A stretch of DNA of 64,000 nt from the human T2T-CHM13v2.0 reference genome, Homo sapiens. Of this stretch, positions 14,779 through 32,595 are shown in pieces. The number at the start of each line of letters is the position of its first letter. Within the stretch, counting starts at the first letter, position 1. A model generated the notes under the pieces. It saw only the letters and a program-made list of their open reading frames with translations. It was not told the DNA's origin and did no database searches. The stretch lies in assembly GCF_009914755.1 (NCBI RefSeq), contig NC_060925.1; one strand, given 5' to 3'. The position numbers and the translations under genes were made by a program.

Positions 14779-16234
14779 ATTATGTCTAGCTGTCCCATAG
14801 GGAGAGGGTCACCAGGAGATTGTCATACATGGCAGGTATCTGGATCAACTACATTGAGGAACTGGGAAGAGGCAGAGAATTAGAAACTGTGTCCCTGGTG
14901 ACTAAGTCCTGCTTGTGGTATAAGAAAACTTATATTCAAAATGAATCCTGAGAAAACGTAAAATTATAAGAATCCACTACAGGCTAAAAAGCATCCATGA
15001 GAATGGGCAATTAGGGGGCCTTTGATGTCATTTTCCAGAGAAATATCCCTGGAGTGGTGAGGTCTAAAGACAGATTGTAGTGGGCTGAGGAGTGAATAGG
15101 AGGTGAGGAAAGGTAGAGGAAAGTTGGAGATGACTCTTTAAAAAATTGTCTACGAAGTTTAGGAGGAAGGACAATAGTTGGAGGGGACCATAATTGAGAA
15201 CTGGTTATTGAATGTCAGAACTGAAAATAACTGGAAAAAATATCAATCCTAAATCAACTTTCATGCTAATGTCTTTAGGATCATTTTGAATTGATAAGTC
15301 ATCACTTTGGAAAAACAATTTTTCCTCTAAAGCTTTACTAATGCAGATTTTTCCACTAAATGGAAATGGGTGTCATCCCAATACAGCTTCATTGTTCTTC
15401 TCTCTATAAATCTCAATAATAAAGGTGAGACACAGGCATAGAGAAGAGAAAATTGTAGCTTTAAGCAAACTGTAAATCTTAAGGAAAACATTGGTATAAG
15501 CATGAATTTGAAGAAGATCCAAAGAAATAATAGAAAATAAAATACCACTTAAAGCAAAGAAAAATTTAATTTCCAAGTGTAGATATTTATTGAAAGTCTG
15601 CTAGGTATGAGACACTGTATTTGGTTTGGCAATTTCAACTGAGATTGATTGCCATTTTATTTCATCTAGAATTTACCCTATTCTATTTTCTCTTCCATGG
15701 GACATTTGGTTCCTCTTTATACGGTCATTCTTTTTTCTCCTTTAACCCTGCCCAATGACTTCCTTAAAATAAAAGAGAGGGAGCTAAATGGAACCAAGTC
15801 AAATAAGTTAAAGTTATACTGTAGCAAAAACATTTAACAAGAAATAACAGTGAGGCCCTTTGTTATTATAGGCATTACTTTTGGAATTTCTGAGATTTTA
15901 AATAAGGTCTGGCTATTTTAGTTATAAGGATTAAATTTCAGGGCCTCAGGTGAAAAATCCTTTTACCTGGAGTCAAAACTTCTTACACTTTATAGAGACA
16001 ACTTTGGAACATAAGTTTAAAATTTTATGAAAGAGTGATTTACCCACAGTGTTAATTACCAGAAAGATTACATTGTGTCACTAAGTTTTATAGGCATTCA
16101 GAAAATAAGTGATTAATACAATGACCTATTTTCAAAAGCTTTTCATGGAGAACATGAGAACTGAGCTTGGTCATGAGACTGGGTGTGTGGCAAACAGAGA
16201 AAGAGAAGGGAAGACATTCTAAAAAGAAAAAGCA

Positions 16235-16546
<312 letters not shown>

Positions 16547-16784
16547 TTACAAGCTAGAAACTGGAGGAACTTCACTTGGATGTTTTTTGAGAGTCAACTG
16601 GTAAATAAAAATATTGTAAAGGGTAATTCATACAGTAATTGTTATACTATCAAAATAAAGAGCTCTGACTTATTTTCTGTGCTCATAAAACAACCACTTA
16701 ATGGGAGACAATTTATAGTCCTTATCCTTCCATCAGTGAAAAGTACCAAGTTACCAGCCCATATTTAAATCTTAGTTCTTTGAT

Positions 16785-17250
16785 AATAATACTACTGATA
16801 TATATATTTAATAATATTTATATAGATATATTTTATAATACTGAGATATAAAATACTGCTACTGAGATATATATATATCTCAGTATTATTCTTATATATG
16901 TATTTCAGTAGTAGCATTTAATATATATATCTCAGTATTTTATATATTGAGTATATATAATATATATCTCAGTAGTAGTTTTTTAATATATATATATCAG
17001 TGGTATTATTATATATTACTATTATATTAATAGTATTATTATATGTCAAATATGTCTTTTTATATATCAGTACTATTATTAAATATAATCATATATTTAT
17101 ATAAATATATATTCTATACATTTAATAATATTAAACACATATTTAATAATAATATTAAGATGTATATTTATGTCAGTTATATAAATCTAAGTATGATACA
17201 ATTTATATCCTTAAAGTGTTTAAAGATTTATATCCTTAAAGTATATTAAG
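16785..17250. repeat. AT-rich low-complexity tract with palindromes
   Basis: Repeated tactgagatat / atatctcagta; very AT-rich. Confidence 0.9.
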
Positions 17251-19557
17251 ATAGCTGTCATAAAATCTGTTTCTAGTTTAAAATTTTACTAGTTATTTTT
17301 TTCTGAGAAAAAAAATCATGACCATATAGTCTCACAAAAAAATTCAAAATAACAGAATATATACCATGCAAAAATGTTAATAATATATTTAAAACTCCAA
17401 TAACAGGTCTTGGAATATAGCAAACACTTGAGATTTGCTGAAGGTTAATTTGAAATCAATTATCAATAAATGTTTGATGAATTGAATTATTTAAAAATTC
17501 TATCATATAATTAAGTCCTAATTATTAATGTTTATATTACCTTATGCCTGGTGGCATATATACCTTCCAAATTTGTACTTTAACTGTACTGGAAATACAT
17601 CCAGTTTAACAATTATTGGATGCCTATTACCTACCTACCATAGTAGGGAACAAAATAGATTCAGTCTGTGACTTCACAAGAGTTTCATGTAGTGGAAAGA
17701 GTGTGAAGTTGATTTACCAACTTTTTCAGGTTCTGAAGCAGATGAATCATGAGTAAAATAACTTGATAGGTATATATTGAAGCCTAAATGTTTGTATGAG
17801 TGTACTTGTCTTAGTACACGTGACGGACAATATACCATATTCCCGTTAGAATGCTGGGAGATACTCTCCCCATCATTACTCCAAAGGTCATACAAATTAG
17901 TACATGAATTCTACTCATTAGCTAAAATCAGATAATTCTAAAATGCATTGCTCTCAATGGTTAAATATTTTCTTGAATTTTAAAACAAACTAAGTAAAGC
18001 CTACAATTCAAAAATGACTCTGTATGGTTTCATTAAAACTTACATTTTGACACTTTCTCAGAAAACCAACACTTCATAATTAATGAATGTTCAGCCAAAT
18101 GTTGACCTTCTGAATAACTGGAGAAGTGCAAACTTAGGAGGAAAAAAAATGGCTTTAAACTGTTTATTAAAGCCTAAGAACTCTTATCTTTTAGAATGAA
18201 AGTTGTGGAAGCATGCCTAAGAAATTGGCTCTATAGGTTAACATTTGAAAGTCCGTTTTGCATAAAAATTCATGCTGTCTACTTTATGCTATATTTAAAA
18301 TAAGAGGAATTGTAAAAAGCTTAATCTACCTTGATTGCTAGGGGCCTCCTTCAAAGGTTCCTGAGATTCCCAGGCATGTGAAGCCTAAAGATACCAAGCT
18401 CTTGTTATAAATGGCTTCAGCATTCATTTTCAGTCTAAATCTATGGAGCCTCTACTGACAGATGGCTTCTTCCTATCTGGGATTGAATTAGTTACTTTAT
18501 TTACTTAAAGGTTAGTGTTAATAAAATCAAGGTCAGAGGAGTGGACTGGTAAAAACAAGATTTGATGTCAAACAGACCTGGTTTTGAATTTCACTTCTGC
18601 TCCCCAGAGGTTCAGTTTCTTCATCTTTAAAATGGAGAGGAGCACCTCTTTCTGTGTTTTGGCATGAAACAGAGTAGACTTTGATTACCACTGATACACT
18701 TGTTTCTGGGCCTGATACATAATAGTCCCTCAATAAAAGCTCATTGTGGTTTTAATTTTTGTATTATAAAAACAGCTCACTGTACACAATGTGTATTCTC
18801 CTGATCATTAGTCAGCAATATTCAAGTATTAACAAAGAAAATTGTTGTGAGAATGTATAGAAGCCTATGTACCTGCTTATATTTGGACCCATCAGAAATT
18901 TCGGATTTTTCAATAAAAATTCGTGATTTTATATGACAACTATTAGCATCTCCAATGCTATCCCCGAGTGAATAAATTATGAGGTAAGCATGTAAAATAA
19001 TAGTTTTGGCTCATATTTGCTCAATAAATTGTGTTTAATGGATGAATAGGTGATTAAAAATTAACTATTTCAAACTATGAAGCACTCAGAAACAAAGCTT
19101 GAGGCAAGAGACTAAAGATTTAGTTTCCTATTGACACTGACTTGCTCTATGACCTGGAAAAATTTCTTAATTCCTGGTTCTCCATTTTTTTATCTTTAAA
19201 ATGTAAGGGTTTGATATGTAATGTCCACAGTCCCTCCCTAGTTCTGTAGGTCTATGATTCACACAATTGACAAAACATGACTTAAGCGGCAATTTGTTCA
19301 TATAAACAGAAGAGGTGATAGGACATAAGTCCCTTGAGCTCTTAAATTCCATCTTTCTGTTTTCTCTTCTAATAGACTTTTGAAAAAATTTCAAAATGTG
19401 TAATATTTGACCAACTGAAGAATAGACAGTACATTAGCAAAGTCCACAATGAAAATGAACACATTTGAAGGAAATTATTTCAATGTGTTGAACAGAAAAG
19501 AGAGACTCGAAGACAGGTATTTAGGAGAAGAAATTGGAAATATTAACAAGTTTGTTG

Positions 19558-20142
19558 TGAAAGGTAGCAAAATATGCTTCCCCAAAATAGGCTACTTTGG
19601 CGTATTGATTATTTTGAGCTACAGAAAATTGAAAAGAAACAGATATAGGAACTCTTTGCTCTCCCTCTATTTGCCTAAAAGAGGGACATAAATTTATGAA
19701 GGATTCCTTTCTGTCTTCTCTACCAGAAAGGATAGAAGTTAATCACAAGAGATAACTCTAGACACTTATCAGCCCAGAGAAGTCACCAGAGGAATCTATA
19801 TAAGAAACTTTGCTAAAACTAACTTTTATTTTCCATTAGTTTCCTCCATATATTTACCTTCCCCCAATTTGTTGCCAGTAGAAGTTCAAAGTTATTTTTC
19901 TTTGTCTTATTACTGCTCTACAAAGTTATTGTAAATTTTTGTTAAGATTATAGATGAGACCAAGTTCTAACTACTACTTGGAGTTACTCATCACTGAGTA
20001 GTCCCATTTATGTGCAATACACATGTTAATAAACTCCTGATTGTTTTTCTCTTATTTATCTGCCTTTTTGTCAGTCTAATTTATATGGCCTCAGCCAATA
20101 AACCTAAAATGGATAGAAAAAATATTTTTTTTCTCCCCTACA
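19558..20142 (+). mobile_element. MER34-like ERV1 solo LTR
   Basis: TG...CA termini; aaaatatgcttccccaaaataggctactttggc...gattattttgagct start and ttctcccctaca end. Confidence 0.7.
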
Positions 20143-20811
20143 AATACCAATCTATGGCTTTCCATGATGACAATTGGCCAACAGTTCCTGGTAGGGTTTT
20201 TCATTTGTTCATTCATTTCTTCAACAAATATTTATTGTATGATTGTTATTTGCATGATCACATGCTAGAGTAAGAGTATAAAGATGAATCTGACATACAC
20301 TTTGTCCTTAAAGAAATTTCTCTTTAGTAAGGATGGTAAGGTATGTATATAAATAGAAAAATGTTCTAAATTATATGAGTGAAAGTTATATGAGATTTAT
20401 GAGAAGGTAACATTTAATTTCAGCCAGGCAGATGGCAATGAAGGGAGGGAAATTGAGGAAATCTGGGAGGAGATGGCATTTTAGCTGGAGATAAAGCATG
20501 AATATATGAGGCAGAAGGACATTTCTGGCTGAAGAAATAATGTGAACAAAGCCTCAAAGGAGCAGGAAGCTGGATGCAGTTTGACTCTACAATTGGGTTT
20601 AGGAAAGAGACTAATGAGAAATACATTTAAAACAAACACTGTCAGATTGAAGGGACCTTGAATGTCATACTAAGGAAATTTAGTCTTTATCTTTCATAAA
20701 AAAACAGGACACTGGAGGTCTTGGATAAGGTGGATGGAAGAAAGTTGTGTTTTAGGGTGGCAACTCCTGATGAAGATTTGTGCATGGTGGTTGTAAACTG
20801 AATCTTAATAG

Positions 20812-21015
<204 letters not shown>

Positions 21016-21570
21016 TGAATTGTCCTAGCTTCAAAGAGTTTATATTTAAAATATATTTGAATTATTTTTGCCATATTCTCATCAACCCATCCTTGAGGAG
21101 CTTGTAGATCCATATAAGCATTACGGTTGTCATGTTACTCATTTTTGCTGATGATCTTATTACACAAAGAGGCAGAAAAGTACATTGGTAAGTGTGTGGC
21201 CTCAGGAATCAGTCAGCCTAAATTTGAAAAATTCCTAGTGTTTTGACCAGGTGTAGGTTATGTAATCCCTCTGATCTTCATTTATTCACCTATAAAATGG
21301 GGAAAGATATTAATTATAACCTCATAGGGTTGCTGTTAGGATGCAATATAAATTGTTTGGAAAATGCTCAGTAAATATAGCTGTGATGATGCTAATGGCA
21401 ATAACAATAAAACAACTCATAAAGGCTCTATAAAAACAATTACTAATGTGCTTTATAATTTACTTTAAATATGTGATTCTATAACAGGTCCATATTTATA
21501 AAATTTTATTTTCTGTAATAATATATATAGAAACTTTAAAGTTTTTAACATACTTTTGTTCAATACATGA

Positions 21571-22009
<439 letters not shown>

Positions 22010-22366
22010 TATTTGCCCATTCTTATCAATGGTATACATGAAGCTCAGTCAGGTGAGGTAGCATGCCAGAGTCATGCGCTATTAATAATAAATAGAAGAG
22101 CTGGAATATGTACTCAGTTCTGTCTGATCCCAAAGCCTATATTGTTTTGCTGTACCAAAGTACCTCTTCTTATTCTTCTTCAACCAGTGAGACAAATTAT
22201 CAAGTCCAAACAATTTTCCTAAATGGAGAAGCCAGAATTCAAGGCAACATTTTCTAACTCTAAAGTCTGCTGATTTTCAACCTTAACATATCAAAAGACA
22301 AAATTTCTATGTTTCTTTAAAACACTGCCCTTTGACAGTGAGAATACTCAAGGAACTGAAAATAAC

Positions 22367-22408
22367 AAAAAAAAAAAAAAAAAAAAAAGAGAGAGAGAGA
22401 CAGAGAGA
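22367..22408. repeat. Poly(A) followed by (GA)n
   Basis: A22 then GA repeats. Confidence 0.85.
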
Positions 22409-24919
22409 AATACAAATGTAACTGGATAACCGAATATAACTGTTCATTGAATACTCCATTTTCACTCTTCCTCACTTTGTCTTTCTAGACTCATTCAATT
22501 GTAGGTTAGAATTATACCTTTTTACCTTCCTGGAGGTCATGCCACAGCACCACCTGAGGGTTCCAAGTTGAAGATCAAACTTACTTGTGTCCCTGTGCTC
22601 AATAGTCATTGTGCCTTTATTCCTCTGCTAGCTGGCATATGCCTGGACACTCTAAGACCTGTGAAGCGTGACCTATAGGTAGGAAGATTGCTTATTTCAT
22701 TGATGTGCTGCTCAGAGTGCACTGGAGTGCAATGAAGAGCTGGGCACTGAAAATACTTTTAGAAGTACAGGCCCAAAAGCACAAGTAATGGAAAAATCCC
22801 ATCATTTCCTAACCTCAGGCACAGACAGGATATATACAATGCATATTATTTGTAGAGTCATCCTCTTTGACGATTAACCTCATCACCCAGCAGAAACATA
22901 AAGAGCCTGTATGCATGTTGGGTGGAGAACTAAATTTGTTTACTTTCCCTGAAAATATAGTCACAGTCTTATAAAATTATGCTAAAATGTGGATGGCCTT
23001 TTTATGATAAGGGACTCACTTTCTGTGTGTGAAGGCAGCACATAAGTAATTTATGGAGGCTATTGTCATTTGCTAAAATATGCTGACAAGGAGAATGGTA
23101 CATTCAATATATAAATGTACCTAATGTGCCATGTTCCTTGTCATTTGTTTATTTACTTATTTTTAAGTGGAAGAGTAGATGTTTTGCACCAAGAGCAATA
23201 TTTCCTAGGTATGTAATAATAGTCCTTAATAGACAATCGATTTCAGAGATAGTTTAAATCAGTCTATTATAAAGTCACATAATCAGAATATATGGAGTCT
23301 GTGTAAGTGGAAATATCTGCTTAGGCATGCAAGGTTCTTGAAACTAAACTTCTGCTGTTCTGATTTCACCTGAATTAAGTCTTGATCTGCCCATTAGCCA
23401 ACAAAGAGATAAAATGCACATGCTCCAAGTTGGGGCTACCACTTTTACTAACAGTTATTGAATGCCAGGCACTTTTCTGAGTGCTTTTCATGCGATGACT
23501 TATTTAATCCTCACAACAACTCCAAGAGGTAGAAATATTATTATTCCAACTTTAGCAATGAAGAAGCTGAAGTATCAAAACTATAAACAATTTGTTCAAA
23601 GCAATATAGCTGATAAGTAGAAGACTGATTTCCAAACCCTTGCTCTTGTCTATTGTACTCAATAGGAACTCAGTTCCCCACATCACACCCAGCTAATATT
23701 TTCTCTAGAATTTCTCTCAAATGTCTACCACATTCTTGAGAGATTTATACTCAAGACATGGTTATTTGCTGACTCATGGGAAGTAAAAATAGTTTTAGAG
23801 CTTGAATTCACTTTTGTGCTGACACTTCAGTGGTCAAGACAATTGAGAGGGGTCAATTGCTATTTGAACCCTAACTGCTATTTTAAGGATTCAGAGGCAT
23901 CCTAACTTAACCTTAGTATCACTGAGGTGACTTTTGAAATTCTCAGGAGAGCCAATATCAAGTTTACAGAAGTTATTTGGAAAGTTCTTAAGTATATATA
24001 TAAGTGACTCAAAGGAATTCCTAAATTACCTGAAACAATCGCAGGAAGACTCCCACATGCTTCATTACTTTATCCCTCTCTGACCCTATGGATGTAGAGT
24101 CTCAGTTAAATGGAGAAGATGCCAGGGCTACTGTTTCTATCTCCAGTTCACTCACATATCCAGAAAAAGACCCATATGACTGAAGCTGCCATGAAAATCA
24201 AGAATCAAGTCAACTACCACTGGCTCTGGCCAGAAGGAGACTTTGGAAGAGATCATTCAGAGAAGATTCTGCATGACTCTAGAGAGGATTATTTATGTAA
24301 AGTGAAGACCTACATTATGAAATTGACAAGAGAGTTGATACTAAAGAGAGCAAATGACAAAAGTAGGTTTTCAAGGTCAAAAAATGTGGAGATGATTTTT
24401 AAAAAACGTTTTCAAAGCTCCCTAGCATCTCATCTAGCCCCACATTAACTCTGAAACAGAAATGGTAAACAACATTGTCTCAGTTCACCAACAAAAATAA
24501 AAAATAACATTTACAGAACAAATACTGTATGTCAGTCATTGTGCTATGCACTTTAAACAAATTCCTAATCTAATCCTCATGACAACCCATGAGTTAAGTC
24601 TTAATATTATTCCCATTGCACATATGAAAAAACTTGGGTATAGATAAATTAGCTAATTTTTCTCAAGAACACAGAGCTGATATAAATCAGATTCTAGATT
24701 CGAATCTAGGACTATCTTAAACTGCACCTTAACTCTTAATCAGTATATGATATTACCCCTCACGTTAACAACATAAGGTCAGTAGCAGGCACTATTGTTT
24801 GCTTAGGCAAAGCTATCATTTCAACTATTACCACTTTGGGCCATATATTTTTTTTCTTCCTTGCTGACTCCTTATTTTATTTCACTGTTCAACCTCTCTC
24901 CTAGAGGTTGTGCTTAGAG

Positions 24920-25350
24920 ATGCTCCTATCCCCAGCTACTGTGTGTTAGATCTTAATTAGCTGAAGCCACTCACAGTAAATCTTTCCCCTTGCCCAGGGA
25001 TTGGTTTAGAAAGTTGCAAATGACCTAGTCCAGACTGAAGAGATATGGGAAGATGGTTTCTGGAGAGTTTTTAAGAAGGAATTTCTATATTTAAAAAATG
25101 GTCGCTTGTTCCAAAAGGTAGAGGTCATCTCCTGCTCTACCCTGTGAACTTCAGTTTGTAATGGCTGGAGATGCTGCAGCTCTCTTACTACCATGAGTTG
25201 ATCTATCCTACTTGCTGAGCATGGCAGAACAGAATGACAGAAAGAACTTGAGTTATTAAGCTGTTGTATTAATCAACCCTAGAATTGTTCCAGTTTTGGA
25301 CTTCTTGCTAGGTGATATAACAATAAATTTTTGTGGTTTAAGCCAGTTGT
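24920..25350 (+). mobile_element. Old MLT1 (J/K-like) LTR just upstream of exon 7
   Basis: gattggtttag...gctgcagc...atggcagaacagaa...ggacttcttg...aataaa...tttaagcca. Confidence 0.55.
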
Positions 25351-25425
25351 GTTCTTGTATACTGCCAAAAGTTTTGCATTATTGTTTGAATTTTTATACT
25401 GATTTCAAATGAATAAATCCTTTAG

Positions 25426-25659
<234 letters not shown>

Positions 25660-25763
25660 TAATCCTGTAGTCATGTACTTATTTGCTCCACAAGTCATAA
25701 TTCATCTTTAATATATTTATCAGGCCTACATGCGAATCCTTCTTAACATGTTTTAGCTCAATT

Positions 25764-26926
<1,163 letters not shown>

Positions 26927-26959
26927 TTAGATGAATTAGATGTCTTCACTGTTGTTCAC

Positions 26960-27690
26960 TAATCTTTTATAAATTGAGACATTATTTACTTCTAGCAAAT
27001 TCTGAAATCTTAAATATATAACCTGATGAATATTTATGTATGTATACATCCATTGAAAACCACCCAGATCAAGATTTAGAATATTTAATTACTCTGAAAT
27101 TTTCCCTTATCTTATCTTTCCCTTCCCTTACCTCATCTCAGGTAAATAGACTTTACCACCAAAGGTAATTAATATTCTGGCTTTTATTGCTATATATAGT
27201 TTTGTCTGTTCTTGAAGTTTGTATAATTTTGTGACTGGCTTCTTTTGCTCAACAAGATGATTTGGACATATATCCATGTTGTTGTATGGATCGTAGTTTG
27301 TTCTTTTATATTGTTTATGATTGCATGAATATACCATAATTGGCATATCCATTCTTCTCCTAGTAGACATTTTAATATTTCTAGTGTTTTTCTATTATGA
27401 ATACAATTGCCAGTAACATTCTTATTCACGTCTTTTTGTGGACATATATGTTCATCTCTCTTGAATATATATATAAACACACATATATATATGAGAGAAT
27501 TGATAAATCGAAAGGTAATAATGCATATGTTTAATGTTTTAGGAAATTTCTAGACAGTTTTCCAAAATGTTTGTACTATTTTAAAATCTTTCAACAATAT
27601 ATGAGAATTTCAGTTGCTTCCCACAGCATCCCCAATATTTGATATTATATTACTATACTTTTTAATAGAGTTTGAGTGTGATCCATTTGG
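26960..27690 (-). mobile_element. Old L1M 3' fragment
   Basis: cacccagatcaagat...cttttgctcaaca...tccatgttgttgtatg...cagttttccaaa. Confidence 0.7.
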
Positions 27691-30600
27691 GAAAAAAAAA
27701 GCTTTAGAATACATAGAAGGACTTCAGAATCAGTTGATAGAATAGAATTTCCTTTCATTTTTATTTTCTTAATTATAAAATAAATTTTGGAAAGTTTACT
27801 ATAGGTATTGAAAAATTTCTTTTTTTCGCTTTTCCTCACAAACTTTATTTTTTGACAAAAATTCACTCAGAGTTGCGTCTTGCCATTAAATTCTCTCAGG
27901 CATATCCAACATTCTTCCATCGACCCCCAAGAGACCTAATTAAAAGCCCAGCTGTAAGAACTGCTGGCCTTTGCAGCGGGAACAATACACATTTCCAAAA
28001 GGACATGGTTGTCAAATCTCTGGAACTGCCAGTTCCTTGGTTCAAAATTCAGATTGATATTTAGTTAATAAAGCTAATCAATGTTTTTTATCTACCCATA
28101 AGGAATACACAAAGTATCCTAGAGACAACCGTGGCAAGAGACTAAGGTAATTTCCAGTTTCCAAGTTGTAAACAAGGGCCACTTTATTTCGTAAAATGTA
28201 AGAAACATAGCTTGCATTGTTTTCTATACGCCAGTATGCAGTAACTCAGGCAGCTACTTTAGAGCATTATTATAAACAACCTATGTTGTCAGGATGTAAG
28301 GAATGCTGTTCCTTGGACCTTGTTTAAGCAGTCTGTTTCATTTTGTTAGTCTAGAATAGGCACAGGTACACCTGTGTGAACGACTAAACACATAATCGTG
28401 TTTTTGAAACTGCCTCACTCTTCCAAGGGGTCAGGAACTACATCACTTTTTCCTTTCATTATTGATGCCAACCTTAGCTTTTTATTCCTCTGCACAACTC
28501 CAGAGCTCAGTAGTGTCAAAATGAATGTCATTTATGATCAGCATGTCTCTTTCAGTGCAAAAGGCATTGAAATGTGTAATACTACAACCATATTCCCCTT
28601 ACATACCAGCATCATATGATACAATTTTTAACATTTTCTTTTTGTTGCACGCAAGTATTACATGCCTCTTACTCAATTATTTTATAAAGTCAAGAGACGG
28701 CGTGACTCACATTTTTAAGTATTTTTATTTCTTTCTAGTACACGCTTGATATTTAAGTCCCATTTGTACTTCAACCAATTGCAAAAAATAAACCAGAAGA
28801 TCTGCTATGCCAATGGACACTGTGCAGGACTTATTATTAGTTAGTTCACTTATTCTAAAATGTAGCTAAGCCTCCAAATGATTAATTTTAGATCTGGACC
28901 CTGCTTGTGGTAAATGGACATAGGAGAAAGATTAAATAAATGACCCCAAAGAGAGTACAATTTGAAATCCAGTATTTACAGTATGTTTCCATGGTAACAG
29001 AATGTCACAAATGAAAATAAATTCAGGTTGCAAAATTACCCAAAATGTAATTCTGAAAGCAGCCTCTTTGGTTCAGCATGTTTGAGAGGCTGACCTATTC
29101 AGTTAGGTATGTTTTAAGTCTCTGTTTTGCTTCTTTGTATCTCTTAGGGTAATGAAAAAGGAGAAATATAATGCCCCCTAAATGAGATTGAAAAGGTTAA
29201 AATATTGATGGACTGAATAAGAAAAAAAAATGGTGATACAGCCTTCAAAATATGCCATTTTGATAATGTTAAAAATTGAAAAAATTAAATTTAGAATTAA
29301 TAATTTCTGTCATCTTAATCATAAATGCTATATTTCTTTAAAATAACACAATCCTTGCAACTGGACAGAGCTGGATATTACAGAAAGCCACAAAAAATTC
29401 CTAGAACATGTCCAGCCATAGGAAGTGTTTTATTTTTTGAAATATAGCTTGTTGGATGTATTACACAGATCTGTTACTGAAAGCTTATTAAAGACAGACC
29501 TGGGAGTAATTTTAAAGATCTTATAGGACCTGCTGACATTGCTTGGTCAATCTGGAAAATTTTATTTTATTTTTAGGGTCAATAAGCGGAAATAAAGAAG
29601 AAACAGCACCCATTCACCCAATATTCAATATTTCTTTCAAAAGACATCACTATCTACCTACTCTCTTCAAAACAGAGCACCAGGAACTAGATATTTTCCT
29701 AATAATGATTTACATGTATTTTTTGTTTTAAATTCTCCTTTATATGTTTCTCAATAAGATGCTAAGTTAGAGCAAATAGAATGTTATTCATGCATTCAAT
29801 TTTTCTAAGATATAATAATATATTTTCTTTTTTGTCTTTGCAAATTGGTCGAAGACAAAACTAAATACATCACAATGACTGAGGCAAAAACAGACGTGTA
29901 TACGCATAAATTCTATGTCTGATTCCATATTTGTCCTGGCTTGTTCCTTCAGTTGGTATTTACATCTTCTTTGATGGGAATAATGTTTCAGCCACTGTGG
30001 ATAATTCACCAAGTAAATAACCTAATTTGAAGTTTACTAATTCAATTGGCGAGGGATACTGGGTGGGGCCAAGGATGGCCAAAGGCAAATTATAAATTAA
30101 TAGAAGATTGCACTGCATTCTGCTTTGCATTTTTCCTTCTGAACCTTAAGAATTCTTATGTCACGCTCCAGATGCCCTGGACTCCTAACTGTTCTCAAGC
30201 ATTGACTTGTGGCATTGACTATCCCTGGCTTAGAACAGCATGTGAACAAAGGAAAAGCTTTTTTAAAAGGGAGATAATCAGAAGAACCAACATTCTTCTG
30301 AATGAAAGGCGTCTTTTTGAGCTGCTCATTAATAAAAAAAGATTCAAAGGTTTGTTTGTAATAACAGCCTTGGGAGGAGAAACTCAGTGACTTTGTTAAA
30401 GATTTCCCTTTGGCTTAAAATCTTGCAGAACAATAAAATGAGGATGATTGTTTACAAATATAGCAGCTACAAGGCCTAATTAAGACCCTGTCTAGATTGA
30501 CAAAGTAATCAAACAATAAAACAAATGGCTTTAGAGCAGTTGATTCCATTATTTTAGTTTTAAAAATTATTAAAGCCAGATTAGGAATTGAGCAGTTTGA

Positions 30601-32093
30601 TGTTCAGTTGTTATTACTTCAGGACTGTAATTATTGACTGTTTAACTAGACTGTAGGTTATTTGAGAGTATAGACTCTGCATTTATCTGTTATTAGCTTT
30701 GGACACAGCAAATTTCTAAGATGGACATTAGTAAAAAGGTTAAGTAATTTTTATTAAATGTCTAGTATGGGACAAGCATCATGCTAGATAGACGCTTTCC
30801 AATCATGATCCTCTTTATTCTTTTCAGCATCCCTGGAACAATGATCTTATTATATCCATTGTTACTGATAAGACATCCATACCTCCAACAGTAGCTTAAT
30901 GGCTAATACATAGTGATCACTTGATTCTTGTTGAGGAAAGAGAGTGTATCTGTCAAGTTTTTTTGTTTTTGTTTCTGTTTTTTTTTTTTTTTACTTTCAA
31001 GTATTAGAAACTAACTCTTGCTAATTTAGGCATAAAAGGAGTAGATTAAAGGATATTATGTAGCACAAAGAATCTTCTTCCTCAGAACAGAGTAGAAAGC
31101 CATGTTTGAAATTCTCACAGTGAGGAACAACATCCAGAATCATGCCCAAATGTGGTCCTGTGAAGATGCACTGCCACCCTTGCTAGGCACACATAAACTG
31201 TTGTGCTTCTGATGCCAACAATGCAGGGCATTGAATCTGTGGCTGGAATTGCTACCATGGGAAATTGGATGGAGCTACTGCCACCACTGCCACATTGCCA
31301 AGATAGATTAGGCCCTGCATTTTACGTCATCAGCTCTGAAGTCAGAGTCTCATATGATGTGTTGATTGGAGGAGTCTACAGATAGGTATCCAGACCAGGG
31401 AACTGTTGAGAGTAAAAGTGTCATTATTAAGAATTATTCCAGGATAACAAGCCTAAACCAGGACATATGGTCACCCTCTGCTATTTCTGTTCCCTAGCTG
31501 CAAACAGATCTTGGAAAGCACATTTTCTGCTTCTGTGATAGAATGTGGTCTTGGCTTCTCATTAATACTTGCAGTATACGGAATTACCCAGACGTGAGAA
31601 GAGGTTATAAGGCTGGGTGTTTCAACGAGAAGGACACATGTCTACTACTGAATGAAGAATTGAATTTTAAATAACCTGTCTAAAGTAAAAGAATTAATGA
31701 GGTCTGCCTAAGTCTAAATTGCTTTTCCCTTCATGATACCATGCTTTGCATACTGTAGTATGGCAATTTTCAGCTAAGGATATACATCAGAGCTGTTTAC
31801 AACAGTGTTGTAAACATACAGATTGTGGGGCCCCACTCTAACCTACTGAACCCAAATCTCTGGGAATGGTGCTGTGGCCAGGATCTGTAATTCTTAACAT
31901 CATTCAGATAGAAAAACAATCAATTTGAAATGTGATCCTTGTAGAAATAAGGCCACGTGTACCTTTTGGATGCTATTAGTTTCCCGAACTGTTCCACTGT
32001 GTAAGATAGATTTGATTTGATGTGTTCCATAGAATTTATGGAAGCTAGAAGGAAACCTGTTTAATGTGGTAGTAGGCAATAGAATAACATTAA

Positions 32094-32402
<309 letters not shown>

Positions 32403-32466
32403 TGAGTATTATGTAGCATTCCATAGGTTCTCCAGGTATACTGCATGTACTTGCTTACAATATTAA

Positions 32467-32595
<129 letters not shown>

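Larger units (their letters stand above)
13478..14981 (-). mobile_element. MER74-like ERVL LTR, interrupted twice
   Basis: aaataacagaagc...ttacagatctcagaaagaagagggcagc...ttataagaatccactaca; interrupted at 13788-13996 and 14335-14778. Confidence 0.7.

Noticed and set aside
24694-24709. 16-bp palindrome ctagattcgaatctag
   Set aside because: It lies within a decayed MIR and has no other support
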